In this document: positions 35,639-44,995 of the stretch, piece by piece
Numbering within the stretch: the first letter of the stretch is position 1
How the letters are laid out: each line of letters opens with the position of its first letter
Source: Myxococcota bacterium
Lineage (GTDB): Bacteria > Myxococcota_A > Polyangia > Nannocystales > Nannocystaceae
NCBI GenBank assembly: GCA_039028615.1
Contig: JBCCHT010000001.1
Location: forward strand, 352,001 to 416,000
Direction of reading: 5' to 3'
DNA length: 64,000 nt
Notes under the pieces: generated by a model
Told to the model about the DNA's origin: nothing
The model's input: the letters and a program-made list of their open reading frames with translations, nothing else
Database searches by the model: none
Made by a program: the position numbers and the translations under genes

Positions 35639-37788
35639 CCGACGAGCAAACGACCCAGCGACTCGGTCGCGTGACCCTGCACCCCGAAGGACCCGTGGTC
35701 GCGGGCGAAATCGGCGAGTGGACCCTGACCTATACGGTGGGCAGCTACGGCATCGACGAGGGCGGCACGCTGAAGATCGCCCGCCGCTTCGCCGGGGACT
35801 GGGAGCGTCCGCAGTTCGACCAGCCGCAGGCCCCCGCCTACTGCACGGTGAAGACCAACGGCGAGGCCAAGCTCGCCGCGCGCTACGACCCCAAGGCGCA
35901 CGTGCGACCGTGGATGAAGTGCATCGTCATCGACGTGTACGACGGGTGCCTCGCGCCCGGCGACGTGGTCACGATTACCCTGGGCGACCGCAGCCAGGGC
36001 TCCCCCGGCATCCGGGCGCAGACCTTCATCGAGTCGGCCCACGAGGTGCGCATGCTGGTCGATCCGACCAACGCCTGCCTCGTCCGCCGCCTGCCCACCT
36101 CTCCCGTCACCCAGATCGTGGCCGGGCCGGCCGTCGCCGTCGTGCCCATCGTGCCCACGCGCGCGGTGCAGGGCGACTCGATCGACGTATTCGTCAAGGG
36201 CGAGGACCGCTGGGGCAACCCCACCCCGCCGCCCGCAGACGTTCAGCTGCGCTGGGAGGGCGAGGGCACGGCGCAGGTCGACGGCACCACGCTGCGCGTC
36301 ACCGCCCCCGGCACGGGCCGCGTCGTCGCCACCTGGAACGGCCAGGCCTTCGAGAGCAACCCGCTGACCATCACCGCCGAGGCCGCCCAGCTCGGGCGCT
36401 ACTGGGCCGACCTGCACGCGCAGTCCGATGCGACCGTGGGCACGGGGACCGAGGTGGAGTACTTCGACTTCGGTCGTCGCCATGCCCATCTCGACGTGAT
36501 GTCGCACCAGGGCAACGACTTCCAGATGACCGACGAGGACTGGTCGCGCCTCAACGACGTGGTCCGCAAGTCGCACGAGGACGGGCGCTTCGTCGTGTTC
36601 CCCGGCTTCGAGTGGTCGGCCAACACCACCGCGGGAGGCGATCGCAACGTGGTGTATCTCGAGGAAGACCTGCCGATCATGCGATCGAGCCATTGGCAGA
36701 TTCCCGAGACCCCCGAGGACGAGCGCAGCCCGGCGCACCCCGCCAGCGACCTCTACGACAAGCTACGCGCCCACGTGGACCCGGCCAAGGTGCTCGTCGC
36801 CGCCCACTGCGGGGGTCGCTATGCCGACATCCGCAAGTACTTCGACCAGCAGCTCACCCCGCTGGTCGAGGTCTCGAGCTGCTGGGGCGTGTTCGAGTGG
36901 CTCCTGTGGGATGCCTACGAAAAGGGCTACCGCGTCGGCGTGATGTGCAACAGCGACGGCCACAAGGGTCGTCCGGGCGCCGAGGGGCCGGGCGCGGGTC
37001 AGTTCGGCATCTACGGCGGCCTCACCTGCATCCTCGCCGAGTCGCTCACCCGGGCCTCGGTGTTCCGCGCGCTCAAGGCCCGCCGCTGCTACGGGACCAC
37101 CGGACCGCGCATCGACCTCGACGTGCGCGTCGGCGACCACCCGATGGGCAGCGAGATTCGGGCCGAGGGCTCCGTGGTGGTGGACGCGAGCGTCCGCGGC
37201 ACCGGGCCCGTCGAAGCGCTGCATGTGTACCGAGGGCGCGACATCGTGCACACCGTGCGACCGCCCGCGTTCGACGACTGCGCCTCGTCGCCGAAGATCC
37301 GCTTGGTCTGGGGTGGAGCGCGGATCCGCGGCCGGGGACGGCGGGCGACCTGGGACGGCCGCATCGAGGTGCAGGGCGCGACGATCGAGCGGGCGGAGAC
37401 CTTCGCCTTCGACTCGCCCGCCGATGGCATCCGGCAGCGCGCCGCCGACTCGATCGAGTTCCGCTCGCGCACCACGGGGGACATCGATGGCATCGACGTG
37501 TGGCTCGACCAGGCGCAGACCGGACGCTTGGTGTTGCGCACGCAGACGGGCGACGTCGAGGTCGACCTCTCCACGCTCGACGCGACCGGGGTCACGCGCC
37601 AATTCGGCGGGCTCGACCTTCACGCCACCGTGGCGCGGTACCCCGCGCAGGTCGACGATCGAACGCTGCGCCTGCGCTACGCGCTGCCCGTGCAGCCCGG
37701 CGAGACCGCGGCGGTGATGGTCAAAGCGGTGCAATGCGACGGACACATGGCGTGGAGCAGCCCCGTGTACGTCGACGGCCCTGCGTAG
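35635..37788 (+). CDS. DUF3604 / PHP-like metallohydrolase
   Basis: YWADLHAQS, PGFEWS, GGDRNV, NSDGHKGRPG, RRCYGTTG, MAWSSPV. Confidence 0.78.
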   Translation: MTDEQTTQRLGRVTLHPEGPVVAGEIGEWTLTYTVGSYGIDEGGTLKIARRFAGDWERPQFDQPQAPAYCTVKTNGEAKLAARYDPKAHVRPWMKCIVIDVYDGCLAPGDVVTITLGDRSQGSPGIRAQTFIESAHEVRMLVDPTNACLVRRLPTSPVTQIVAGPAVAVVPIVPTRAVQGDSIDVFVKGEDRWGNPTPPPADVQLRWEGEGTAQVDGTTLRVTAPGTGRVVATWNGQAFESNPLTITAEAAQLGRYWADLHAQSDATVGTGTEVEYFDFGRRHAHLDVMSHQGNDFQMTDEDWSRLNDVVRKSHEDGRFVVFPGFEWSANTTAGGDRNVVYLEEDLPIMRSSHWQIPETPEDERSPAHPASDLYDKLRAHVDPAKVLVAAHCGGRYADIRKYFDQQLTPLVEVSSCWGVFEWLLWDAYEKGYRVGVMCNSDGHKGRPGAEGPGAGQFGIYGGLTCILAESLTRASVFRALKARRCYGTTGPRIDLDVRVGDHPMGSEIRAEGSVVVDASVRGTGPVEALHVYRGRDIVHTVRPPAFDDCASSPKIRLVWGGARIRGRGRRATWDGRIEVQGATIERAETFAFDSPADGIRQRAADSIEFRSRTTGDIDGIDVWLDQAQTGRLVLRTQTGDVEVDLSTLDATGVTRQFGGLDLHATVARYPAQVDDRTLRLRYALPVQPGETAAVMVKAVQCDGHMAWSSPVYVDGPA

Positions 37789-37906
37789 TCGGACGCGAGG
37801 TCGCGGCGCGCAGCGCTTGCACTACGTGCGCAGCATCGAGCCGGGCGAGACTGCACCGTCGCGGTGGAAGTGGCACGCGGCGGGTGCTGGGGTTAGTCTC
37901 CGCGCC

Positions 37907-38578
37907 ATGGCTTCCTTGAACGACCTCTACTCCCTGGGCACGGTCATCGCGGGCACGCTCTTGCTCGGCGCATGTTTCTCGGTGTCGCCCAGCGACGGTG
38001 AGGGCAGCTCGTCCTCCTCCGACTCGTCGGAGGGCTCGGCGGCGGTCTGCATTCCCGGCGAGACGCAGAACTGCCTGTGCCTCGGTGGCCAAGACGGCGT
38101 CCAGGCCTGCAACGCCAACGGTAGCGGCTTCGAAGCCTGCGAGTGCCCGGACGCGGGCACCACCACCGGTGTCGAGCCCACCACCAGCGATACGGGCGAC
38201 AGCTCCGACGGCGGCGACACGACGGGAAGCGTCGACGGCACGAGCACGGGCGCAGGCTCATCGACGGGCATGGGCCCCGATCACGAGGGACCCTACGGGC
38301 CCTGCCTCGAAGACAACACCTGCGTCTTCATGGGCGAAGGCTGCGCGACCACACCCGAGGGGAACATCTGCGTCTTCGTCGGCTGCCGGACGGACGCCGA
38401 CTGCCCGCCGGCCGAGCAAGGCATGACCGCCCCGCCGGTCTGCGTGGAGATCGACGGCATGGGCACCTTCGGCTGCGTGCTCCCGTGCGCCACCGCCGAA
38501 GACTGCCTGCCGGGTGCCGAGTGTTTTGGCGGAGGTCCAATGTCGCAGGGCATCTGCACGTGGCCCCACAACCGCTGA
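37907..38578 (+). CDS. Cys-rich lipoprotein
   Basis: LLLGAC lipobox, CIPGETQNCLCLGGQDGVQAC, C-terminal Cys module. Confidence 0.8.
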   Translation: MASLNDLYSLGTVIAGTLLLGACFSVSPSDGEGSSSSSDSSEGSAAVCIPGETQNCLCLGGQDGVQACNANGSGFEACECPDAGTTTGVEPTTSDTGDSSDGGDTTGSVDGTSTGAGSSTGMGPDHEGPYGPCLEDNTCVFMGEGCATTPEGNICVFVGCRTDADCPPAEQGMTAPPVCVEIDGMGTFGCVLPCATAEDCLPGAECFGGGPMSQGICTWPHNR

Positions 38579-38736
38579 TCGAGACCACACAACTGCCAAC
38601 CGCAAACCACTGCGTGTGGAACGAGTAGTCCGGTCTACATCGGCATCGACGATCATGATCGCGATGCCGACCGGATCCGATCGGATCCGATCGTTCCCAT
38701 TGGCGCGGCCCGAACGACCCGGTTAGCCTGTTCTGC

Positions 38737-39441
38737 ATGATCTCGCTTAGCCGCCCCTACGCCATGGGAACAGCATTCGCCGGCCTGTTCCTGCTCGGTG
38801 CCTGCTTCTCGCCCGAGCCCATCGACAGCGACGACGGGTCGTCGTCCACGGCGTCGGCGGAGTCCTCCGGCAACCCGGCGCCGCCCGTGTGCATCCCCGG
38901 CGAGACCCAGACTTGCTTGTGCCTCGGCGGCCAAGATGGCGTGCAGGCCTGCAATGCCGGCGGCAACGGTTTCGATGCGTGCGAGTGCCCTGACGGCGGC
39001 AGCACCAGCGGCATCGACCCCGCGACCTCCAGCTCGGGCGGTGACGAAACGACGGGCGCGCTCGAAGGCACGGGCGACAGCAGCAGCGGCGGCGAGAGCT
39101 CGGGAGACACCGGACCCGTCGACGTTCCTCCGCACGAGGGGCCCTACGGCCACTGCTTCGACAGCCCCTGCGACCTCCCCGAAGAAGTCTGCGCGACCAC
39201 GCAGACGATGGACAACAACATCTGCATCCCCCTGGGATGCAAGAGCCCCGCAGACTGCCCACCCATCGAGCAGAACATCGGGGCTCAGATCCAGTGTGTG
39301 GATGTCACGGGCGACGGCACGGGTGACTGCACGCTCACCTGCACGGCCGAAGACGATTGCTTCGACGGTGCGATGTGCTTCGGCCTCAACGAGAAGACGG
39401 GCAAGGGCGGCATCTGTGTCTGGCCCAACCCTCCGGCCTGA
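38737..39441 (+). CDS. Cys-rich lipoprotein (tandem paralog)
   Basis: FLLGAC, CIPGETQTCLCLGGQDGVQAC, HEGPYG. Confidence 0.8.
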   Translation: MISLSRPYAMGTAFAGLFLLGACFSPEPIDSDDGSSSTASAESSGNPAPPVCIPGETQTCLCLGGQDGVQACNAGGNGFDACECPDGGSTSGIDPATSSSGGDETTGALEGTGDSSSGGESSGDTGPVDVPPHEGPYGHCFDSPCDLPEEVCATTQTMDNNICIPLGCKSPADCPPIEQNIGAQIQCVDVTGDGTGDCTLTCTAEDDCFDGAMCFGLNEKTGKGGICVWPNPPA

Positions 39442-39489
39442 CCAGACGGCCCCTTCGAGCTCAGGCCGCGGCCGGGGTCGAGCGGCTGC

Positions 39490-40428
39490 TCAGTGCCCCG
39501 GGCCGGCGTAGCGCCCGACTTCGACCAGCGCCTGCTGCATCACCAGCACGTCCTGAAAACGATGCGCGGGGTCCTTGGCGCAGGCCTTGCTGAAGAACAT
39601 GTCGATCGCCATCGCCTTACGCGGCTCGGTGTTGACCGAAAGATGTCGGCTGGGCGCGTCGGGCTTGCGCTCGCGCTGGCAACGAAGCAGCTCGCGCGGG
39701 TGCTGACCAAACACGTCCTCGAAGGGGTGATGCCCGGTGACCGCCTCGTAAAAGCTCATGCCCAGGGCATAGATGTCGGAGCGAGCATCGACCACGCCTC
39801 GCGGGCGGCTCTGCTCGGGCGGCAAGTACCGTGGATCGCCCAAGATGAGCTTGGGATCCTCGGGGCTCTTGTCGTTGGCATCGAAGGCCACTCCGAAGTC
39901 GAGCAACTTGACGATCCGCAGATCGGGGTCGTGGCCATCCCGGGTGACGAACACGTTCGCCGGCTTGACGTCGCGATGCACGATGCCGCGAAGGTGGATG
40001 TAGCGCAGGGCATCGAGCACCTGCCGAAACACCTCGCACACCACGTGCAGGGGGACGGTGCGGCCCTTTTGCATGGCGCCCGCGATGTCTCGCCCCTCGA
40101 GGAAGTCCATCGCGAACCAGAACAAGCCGTGCTGCTTGGTCGTGCCCACGTCGAGCACCCGCACCAGGTTGGGGTGCGCGAACGAGCCGCAGAGTCGAGC
40201 CTCGCGACGGAAGCGGCGCTGCTCGCCTTCGGGCACATCGGCCTTCATCACCTTGAGGGCGACGTAGCGGTTCATGAGCGGATCGAAGGCCTTGTAGACC
40301 TTGCCCATCCCGCCCTCGCCCAGGTGCTGCAGCACCTGATACTGCTTGCTGAAGTTGAGCGCGGTCCCGGTGGGGATTTCGATGAGCTCGCGCTCATCGG
40401 TGACCAATCGGGGCGTGTCGTCGCTCAT
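39490..40428 (-). CDS. Cytoplasmic Ser/Thr protein kinase
   Basis: GEGGMGKV, VALK, HRDVKPAN, DFG. Confidence 0.9.
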   Translation of the reverse strand: MSDDTPRLVTDERELIEIPTGTALNFSKQYQVLQHLGEGGMGKVYKAFDPLMNRYVALKVMKADVPEGEQRRFRREARLCGSFAHPNLVRVLDVGTTKQHGLFWFAMDFLEGRDIAGAMQKGRTVPLHVVCEVFRQVLDALRYIHLRGIVHRDVKPANVFVTRDGHDPDLRIVKLLDFGVAFDANDKSPEDPKLILGDPRYLPPEQSRPRGVVDARSDIYALGMSFYEAVTGHHPFEDVFGQHPRELLRCQRERKPDAPSRHLSVNTEPRKAMAIDMFFSKACAKDPAHRFQDVLVMQQALVEVGRYAGPGH

Positions 40429-40706
40429 GCCGAAGCCGGACCCGACGGTACCCCAGCCCGCGACGCGGGACAAAGTCGCGCCCCCTCGCCACCGCAGGCG
40501 GATGGGGCGCGGCCCGACCCGGTTCACGCCCCGTGGGCAAGACCGAGCATGCGTTCGATCTCGTCCCCGGGACGGCGTTCACGGTCCGATCTGAGCCGAA
40601 CACGTAAGGCGCTGGTCTCAGTTTACAGGGTGCCCGGGCGACGTCCCGCCCGGGCCTCGCACGAGGGGTCGTAGCGACCCGTCCCCTGTGCGCCGATCAT
40701 CCCGCG

Positions 40707-41135
40707 CTAGCTCGGGCAAGAGCAGTCGTTGCACGACACGAGGCAGTTGGTCCGCCAGGTGTGATTGCAGCGATTGCGCTGCGTGTAGTCGTCGTACCAG
40801 CACGCTTGGTCCTCGCACCACGCGTCACACTCGGCGCCGCTCGAAAACCCAGTGCAGAAGGTCGTGCCCGTACACGTGTCGGGTGGCGGAGGAGGTGGCG
40901 GGGGCGGAGGCGGAGGTGGAGGCGGCGGCCCCGAGTGCCCTCCTCCCCCGCTGCAATCATCGCCTTCGTATTCCTCGTATCGAAATTCCGCGTCCTCGTC
41001 CTCGTCCGAGCCGTCGGAATCGACGGTGAAGGACTCGTCGTCGACGTCCTCCACCGTTACGCATGCGCCCATCGAAAGGCTCATGCTCAAGCCCAGCGCG
41101 AGCCCCATGCTCGCGCGAATTCTCGCCATCTTCAT
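40707..41135 (-). CDS. Lipoprotein with poly-Pro linker and 10-Cys (ShKT-like) C-terminus
   Basis: SMGAC lipobox, ~15 Pro, C-x4-C-x10-C-x7-C-x3-C-x2-C. Confidence 0.7.
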   Translation of the reverse strand: MKMARIRASMGLALGLSMSLSMGACVTVEDVDDESFTVDSDGSDEDEDAEFRYEEYEGDDCSGGGGHSGPPPPPPPPPPPPPPPPDTCTGTTFCTGFSSGAECDAWCEDQACWYDDYTQRNRCNHTWRTNCLVSCNDCSCPS

Positions 41136-41495
41136 CGGTTCATTGCTCCTCTTGCTGCGTTGCTCATCCATGAAGGGCGCGCGCAATGACATCGAAGACC
41201 GACTCACCACATCCATCGAATGCGGTCTTCAGCCGTCATCGACACAACGACCGAAGACTATGAAACACCCACAATTTCATCTGTCGACGTCATAATCGAC
41301 ACCTACGGTAATTCTACCGATGGAACCGCCCGTCCCCCGGACGACGGAGTCATCCCAAACGGCCCCTGCTCGGGCGCTCGGCGGCCCGTTGCCCCGATGC
41401 GAGTGGGACCCGCACCTACGGGCAAATGACGGAAGGCAGGGCCAAAACCGCGCCGCAGAAATCCCCCCGGTACGCCGCCGCGCCGGGCGTCGCGC

Positions 41496-42395
41496 TCACT
41501 CGGAGCGTTGCAGCAACCCGCTACCCGCCACCACGCTCCACTTGCCGCCGGTCGACTCTACGCCGATCGTGCCAGCCTCGGACCCGCGCAGCATCGCTCG
41601 GGTGACGGTGATGGGATTGGGGTTGGTCGTCTTCACCACGATGGGATCGCCGAGCGCCGCTCTGCCCTCGTGCACCAATGTCGACGACACCGTCTGCGCG
41701 TCCTTGCGACGCGTGGGAGGGTTGATCACCAGCTCGAGATCCGGCCCGCTACCATCCGACGAAAGCGCGTAGACCCGCGACTGCACCGCCTTGCCCTTGG
41801 CCGGCTTGTCCGGGTCGGCCAGCACTTCTTCGTAGACGTCGTGCAGGTGGAACACGGTGCCGGGCGCCTCGGTCCGCACCATGCCCGCGGCTGCGATCAC
41901 GGTGTCGATGCGACGCGCGGCATGACTGCCTTCGGGAACCGGTCCGTTCAGGATTTCCACGTCGAGGATCTTGTCCGGCGACATCAACAAGGACACCAGC
42001 AGCCAGCGCTCCGCGGTTCGCGAGCTGAGCTCGGGGAGGTTGCCCTCTTGGTCGGGCAACCAGCGCACGAACACCACCTGGGCCGAGCGCCCGCCGGGGT
42101 CCACATCGACCAACGGCATCACCGCGTCGGTGCCGGGATCACCGACCTGGTGCATGCCCTGTTCGTAGGCCAGGACCAGCGCCCGCTCGAGCTGGTGCAG
42201 GCGCCGCCCTCGGTCGTGAACCTGCACCAGATCCTCGGGTGAGATTGGCCGCATCAGTCCGGGAGGAGGCTCGGAATTGGCATTGGCGATGCCCAGACCG
42301 ACGAATTCGTCCTCGTTGTTGGTCCCCGCACAGGCGGTTGCCACCAAAGACAACCCCAGGCAGAACTCCCGAAACCACCGCGCGCGCCGTCGCAT
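41496..42395 (-). CDS. Hypothetical lipoprotein
   Basis: MRRRARWF..LVATAC. Confidence 0.7.
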   Translation of the reverse strand: MRRRARWFREFCLGLSLVATACAGTNNEDEFVGLGIANANSEPPPGLMRPISPEDLVQVHDRGRRLHQLERALVLAYEQGMHQVGDPGTDAVMPLVDVDPGGRSAQVVFVRWLPDQEGNLPELSSRTAERWLLVSLLMSPDKILDVEILNGPVPEGSHAARRIDTVIAAAGMVRTEAPGTVFHLHDVYEEVLADPDKPAKGKAVQSRVYALSSDGSGPDLELVINPPTRRKDAQTVSSTLVHEGRAALGDPIVVKTTNPNPITVTRAMLRGSEAGTIGVESTGGKWSVVAGSGLLQRSE

Positions 42396-42455
42396 GAAGC
42401 GGCACGATAGCACCTCCCGGCCACCCCGCGCGGCCGGTGCTATGGTCTCGCCGCC

Positions 42456-43187
42456 ATGCGAATCCGTCAGGTCCTCGCCATCCTCGCTGTGGGCTCCGTG
42501 CTCGGCTGCCACGCCAAGACGGCCGACACCCAGGGTCAAGCCGACGCCAAGGCCAAGGGCGCCAACACGCCCGCTGCGGTGAGCCCGGGTGGTGTCCACC
42601 CCGGCCTCCTCGATCCCTCCCAGGCCAACGAGACCGCCCCCGCCACCTACAAGGTGAAGTTCGAGACCACTCAGGGCGACATCGTGATCGAGGTCGACCG
42701 CGCCACCGCCCCCAAGGGTGCCGACCGGTTCTACAACCTCGTCAAGATCGGCTTCCTCAACGACGTCGCCTTCTTCCGCGCCATCAAGGGCTTCATGGTC
42801 CAGTTCGGCCTCAACGGCGATCCCAAGGTCAACGCCGCCTGGAAGAACGCCGTCGTCCAGGACGACCCGGTCAAGGGCTCCAACTCCACCGGAGCCATCA
42901 CCTTCGCCATGCGGGGCCCCAACACCCGCACCACCCAGCTGTTCATCAACCTCGTCGACAACAACGGCAAGGGCACTCGCCCCGTCAACCTCGACAAGAT
43001 GAACTTCGCCTCCTTCGGCAAGGTCGTCGAAGGCATGGACGTCGTCGAGAAGCTCTACACCGGCTACGGCGAGGGCGCGCCCAAGGGCAAGGGCCCCGAC
43101 CAGCGTCGCGTGACCAACGAGGGCAACGCTTACCTCAAGGCCAGCTTCCCGAAGCTCGACTACATCAAGTCGGCCACGCTGCTGTAG
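42456..43187 (+). CDS. ppiA: Cyclophilin-type peptidyl-prolyl isomerase (lipoprotein)
   Basis: FFRAIKGFMVQFG, ITFAM, RTTQLFINL, FGKVVEGMDVV. Confidence 0.92.
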   Translation: MRIRQVLAILAVGSVLGCHAKTADTQGQADAKAKGANTPAAVSPGGVHPGLLDPSQANETAPATYKVKFETTQGDIVIEVDRATAPKGADRFYNLVKIGFLNDVAFFRAIKGFMVQFGLNGDPKVNAAWKNAVVQDDPVKGSNSTGAITFAMRGPNTRTTQLFINLVDNNGKGTRPVNLDKMNFASFGKVVEGMDVVEKLYTGYGEGAPKGKGPDQRRVTNEGNAYLKASFPKLDYIKSATLL

Positions 43188-43205
43188 AGCGCGGGCCTCG
43201 TGCCA

Positions 43206-43237
43206 CCCCGGCCCGTCGCTCGGGTCGGGGCGTTTTC
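43206..43237 (+). terminator. Intrinsic terminator
   Basis: ccccggcccg-tcgct-cgggtcgggg-cgtttt. Confidence 0.6.
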
Positions 43238-43250
43238 ATCGGCGCCCCCC

Positions 43251-43793
43251 TCAGGTACCGAACTTGCGGCCGCGGATTCGGACCCGCTTGAGGCCCTTCT
43301 TCAGCCGCACGTGCGCGGCCTCGAGCTCGGCGCTCTGCGCTTCGTCGTGGGCATCGAGCACGATGGACAGCGCCGCGAACGAGTCGTTGGCCTCGCGGTA
43401 CAGCTTGTCCCAGTCCTCTTTGGTGATGCGCTTGCGGCTGTTGGCGATGGCGTCGACGCGGTCCATCGCGTAGTCGAAGCTGGTGCGCACGCCCTCGATC
43501 TCGAGCTCGCCTCCGGCGTAGGGCACCTCGGGCACAGGCACGGCGGCGGCCGGATCGTCCTCGGGCATCGAGGCGTTCTTGCTGCGGTCGGGCGTCATCA
43601 TGCCGCGCGCGACCATCTCGAGTCGCTCGCGCCGCTCGTCGCGAGCTTCGATGGCCTCTTCATCGGTCCGCGCGTCGACGACGGCGTCCTCGACGACCTG
43701 GTTGACCTCGGCGTCGCCGAGCAGCAACACCCCCGCGTAGCCGACGAGGCCAACGGTGGTCAGGATGCCGAGCGTTCGAATGACTTGGGGCAT
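43251..43793 (-). CDS. Hypothetical membrane-anchored protein
   Basis: N-terminal TM, helical body. Confidence 0.7.
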   Translation of the reverse strand: MPQVIRTLGILTTVGLVGYAGVLLLGDAEVNQVVEDAVVDARTDEEAIEARDERRERLEMVARGMMTPDRSKNASMPEDDPAAAVPVPEVPYAGGELEIEGVRTSFDYAMDRVDAIANSRKRITKEDWDKLYREANDSFAALSIVLDAHDEAQSAELEAAHVRLKKGLKRVRIRGRKFGT

Positions 43794-43867
43794 GGTGGCG
43801 CCTGGACCTCAACGTGCAGCGCACTCGGCGCCAACAGCGTGAACTTCAGCGAGTGTAGGATGAGGGC

Positions 43868-44824
43868 GTGACGACGGCCAATGGCGATGCCGCCGCCACC
43901 GCTGCGGACGAGGTGCAGTCCATCGTGGAGGCGCTGTTTCGAGGGCCTCGCGAGCGCTTCGTGACCGAACGCAATGCGGCTGCCAAGCGCCTCAAGGGCC
44001 TCGGGCGCTCCGAAGATGCGACCCGGGTCAAAGCGCTGAGCAAGCCCAGTGTCTCCGCCGCGGCGGTCAATCGGCTGTGGTGGGAGCGACGAGCGGAGTT
44101 CGAAGCGCTCCTGGATGGAGGCCGGCAGATGGCGGCGGCCATGAGTACGGGCGCGGGTCCGGCTCAGCAGGCCGCGGCCGCGCTCGGCAAGCGGCGAGCG
44201 CTGGAGCGGTTGATCGCACTCGCCGAGGACGATCTGCGAGCGGCGGGCAGCAGCGCGAGCATGGCGGTGATGCGGAAGATCAGCACCACGCTCGAAGCCC
44301 TGGCCGTGCACATCCTGCACGAGGGCGGTCCGCGACCCGGGTGCCTGAGCGCCGACCTGGAGCCACCGGGATTCGATCTGCTGCCGACCCTGGCCGCGGG
44401 CGCGTCGATGATCGCCCCGCCCCCGCCGAAGCCGACCGGCCCCGCGCTGGTCGAGCCCGATGCCCAGGCCGAAGCGGAGGCTCGCATCGCGACGGCCGAG
44501 CGCGCGGAGGCCAAGGCACGCGAGCACGCCCAGGCCGCGGCCCGCACCTTGGATCACCGCACGGCGGAAGCCTCGGAGGCCCAGCTGGCCTCTCGTCGGG
44601 CGGCGCAGATCTTCGAGGATGCCAAGGCGTCCCTGGCCGAGGCGCAGCGCGCTTGCGAGGCGGCGGAGCGCGGGGCCCATCGCACCCGTACCGAGGCCGA
44701 ACGACGGCAAACGCAGGTCGAGGACGCCCGGCGGGCCCTCCAGGGCCTGGGCGAAGCGCTGCAACAGCGGGAGGACGCCCTTCGTGAGGCCCGCGCGCAC
44801 TTGGCGTCGTTGCCCCAGAAGTGA
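43868..44824 (+). CDS. Hypothetical coiled-coil protein
   Basis: FVTERNAAAKRL..VKALSKPSVSAAAVN; Ala/Glu coiled coil. Confidence 0.75.
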   Translation: MTTANGDAAATAADEVQSIVEALFRGPRERFVTERNAAAKRLKGLGRSEDATRVKALSKPSVSAAAVNRLWWERRAEFEALLDGGRQMAAAMSTGAGPAQQAAAALGKRRALERLIALAEDDLRAAGSSASMAVMRKISTTLEALAVHILHEGGPRPGCLSADLEPPGFDLLPTLAAGASMIAPPPPKPTGPALVEPDAQAEAEARIATAERAEAKAREHAQAAARTLDHRTAEASEAQLASRRAAQIFEDAKASLAEAQRACEAAERGAHRTRTEAERRQTQVEDARRALQGLGEALQQREDALREARAHLASLPQK

Positions 44825-44995
44825 GCCGAACGCCATCCTGACGGTGATCACGTGCAGAAACGGGGTCAGGGCTGCTAGAGTCCCGCCGCCGGAAACGTGG
44901 GCGAACCAGCGAGAATTCCAAAGGTCCGATCGCAGGGCGGATGTCTTTCCCCGACGCACAAGCGCCGAGGATCGGGCCGAGCGTTGCACGTGTCG

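Noticed and set aside
38651..38693. GATC/ccgatcggat micro-repeats
   Set aside because: Too short and low-complexity to support a function
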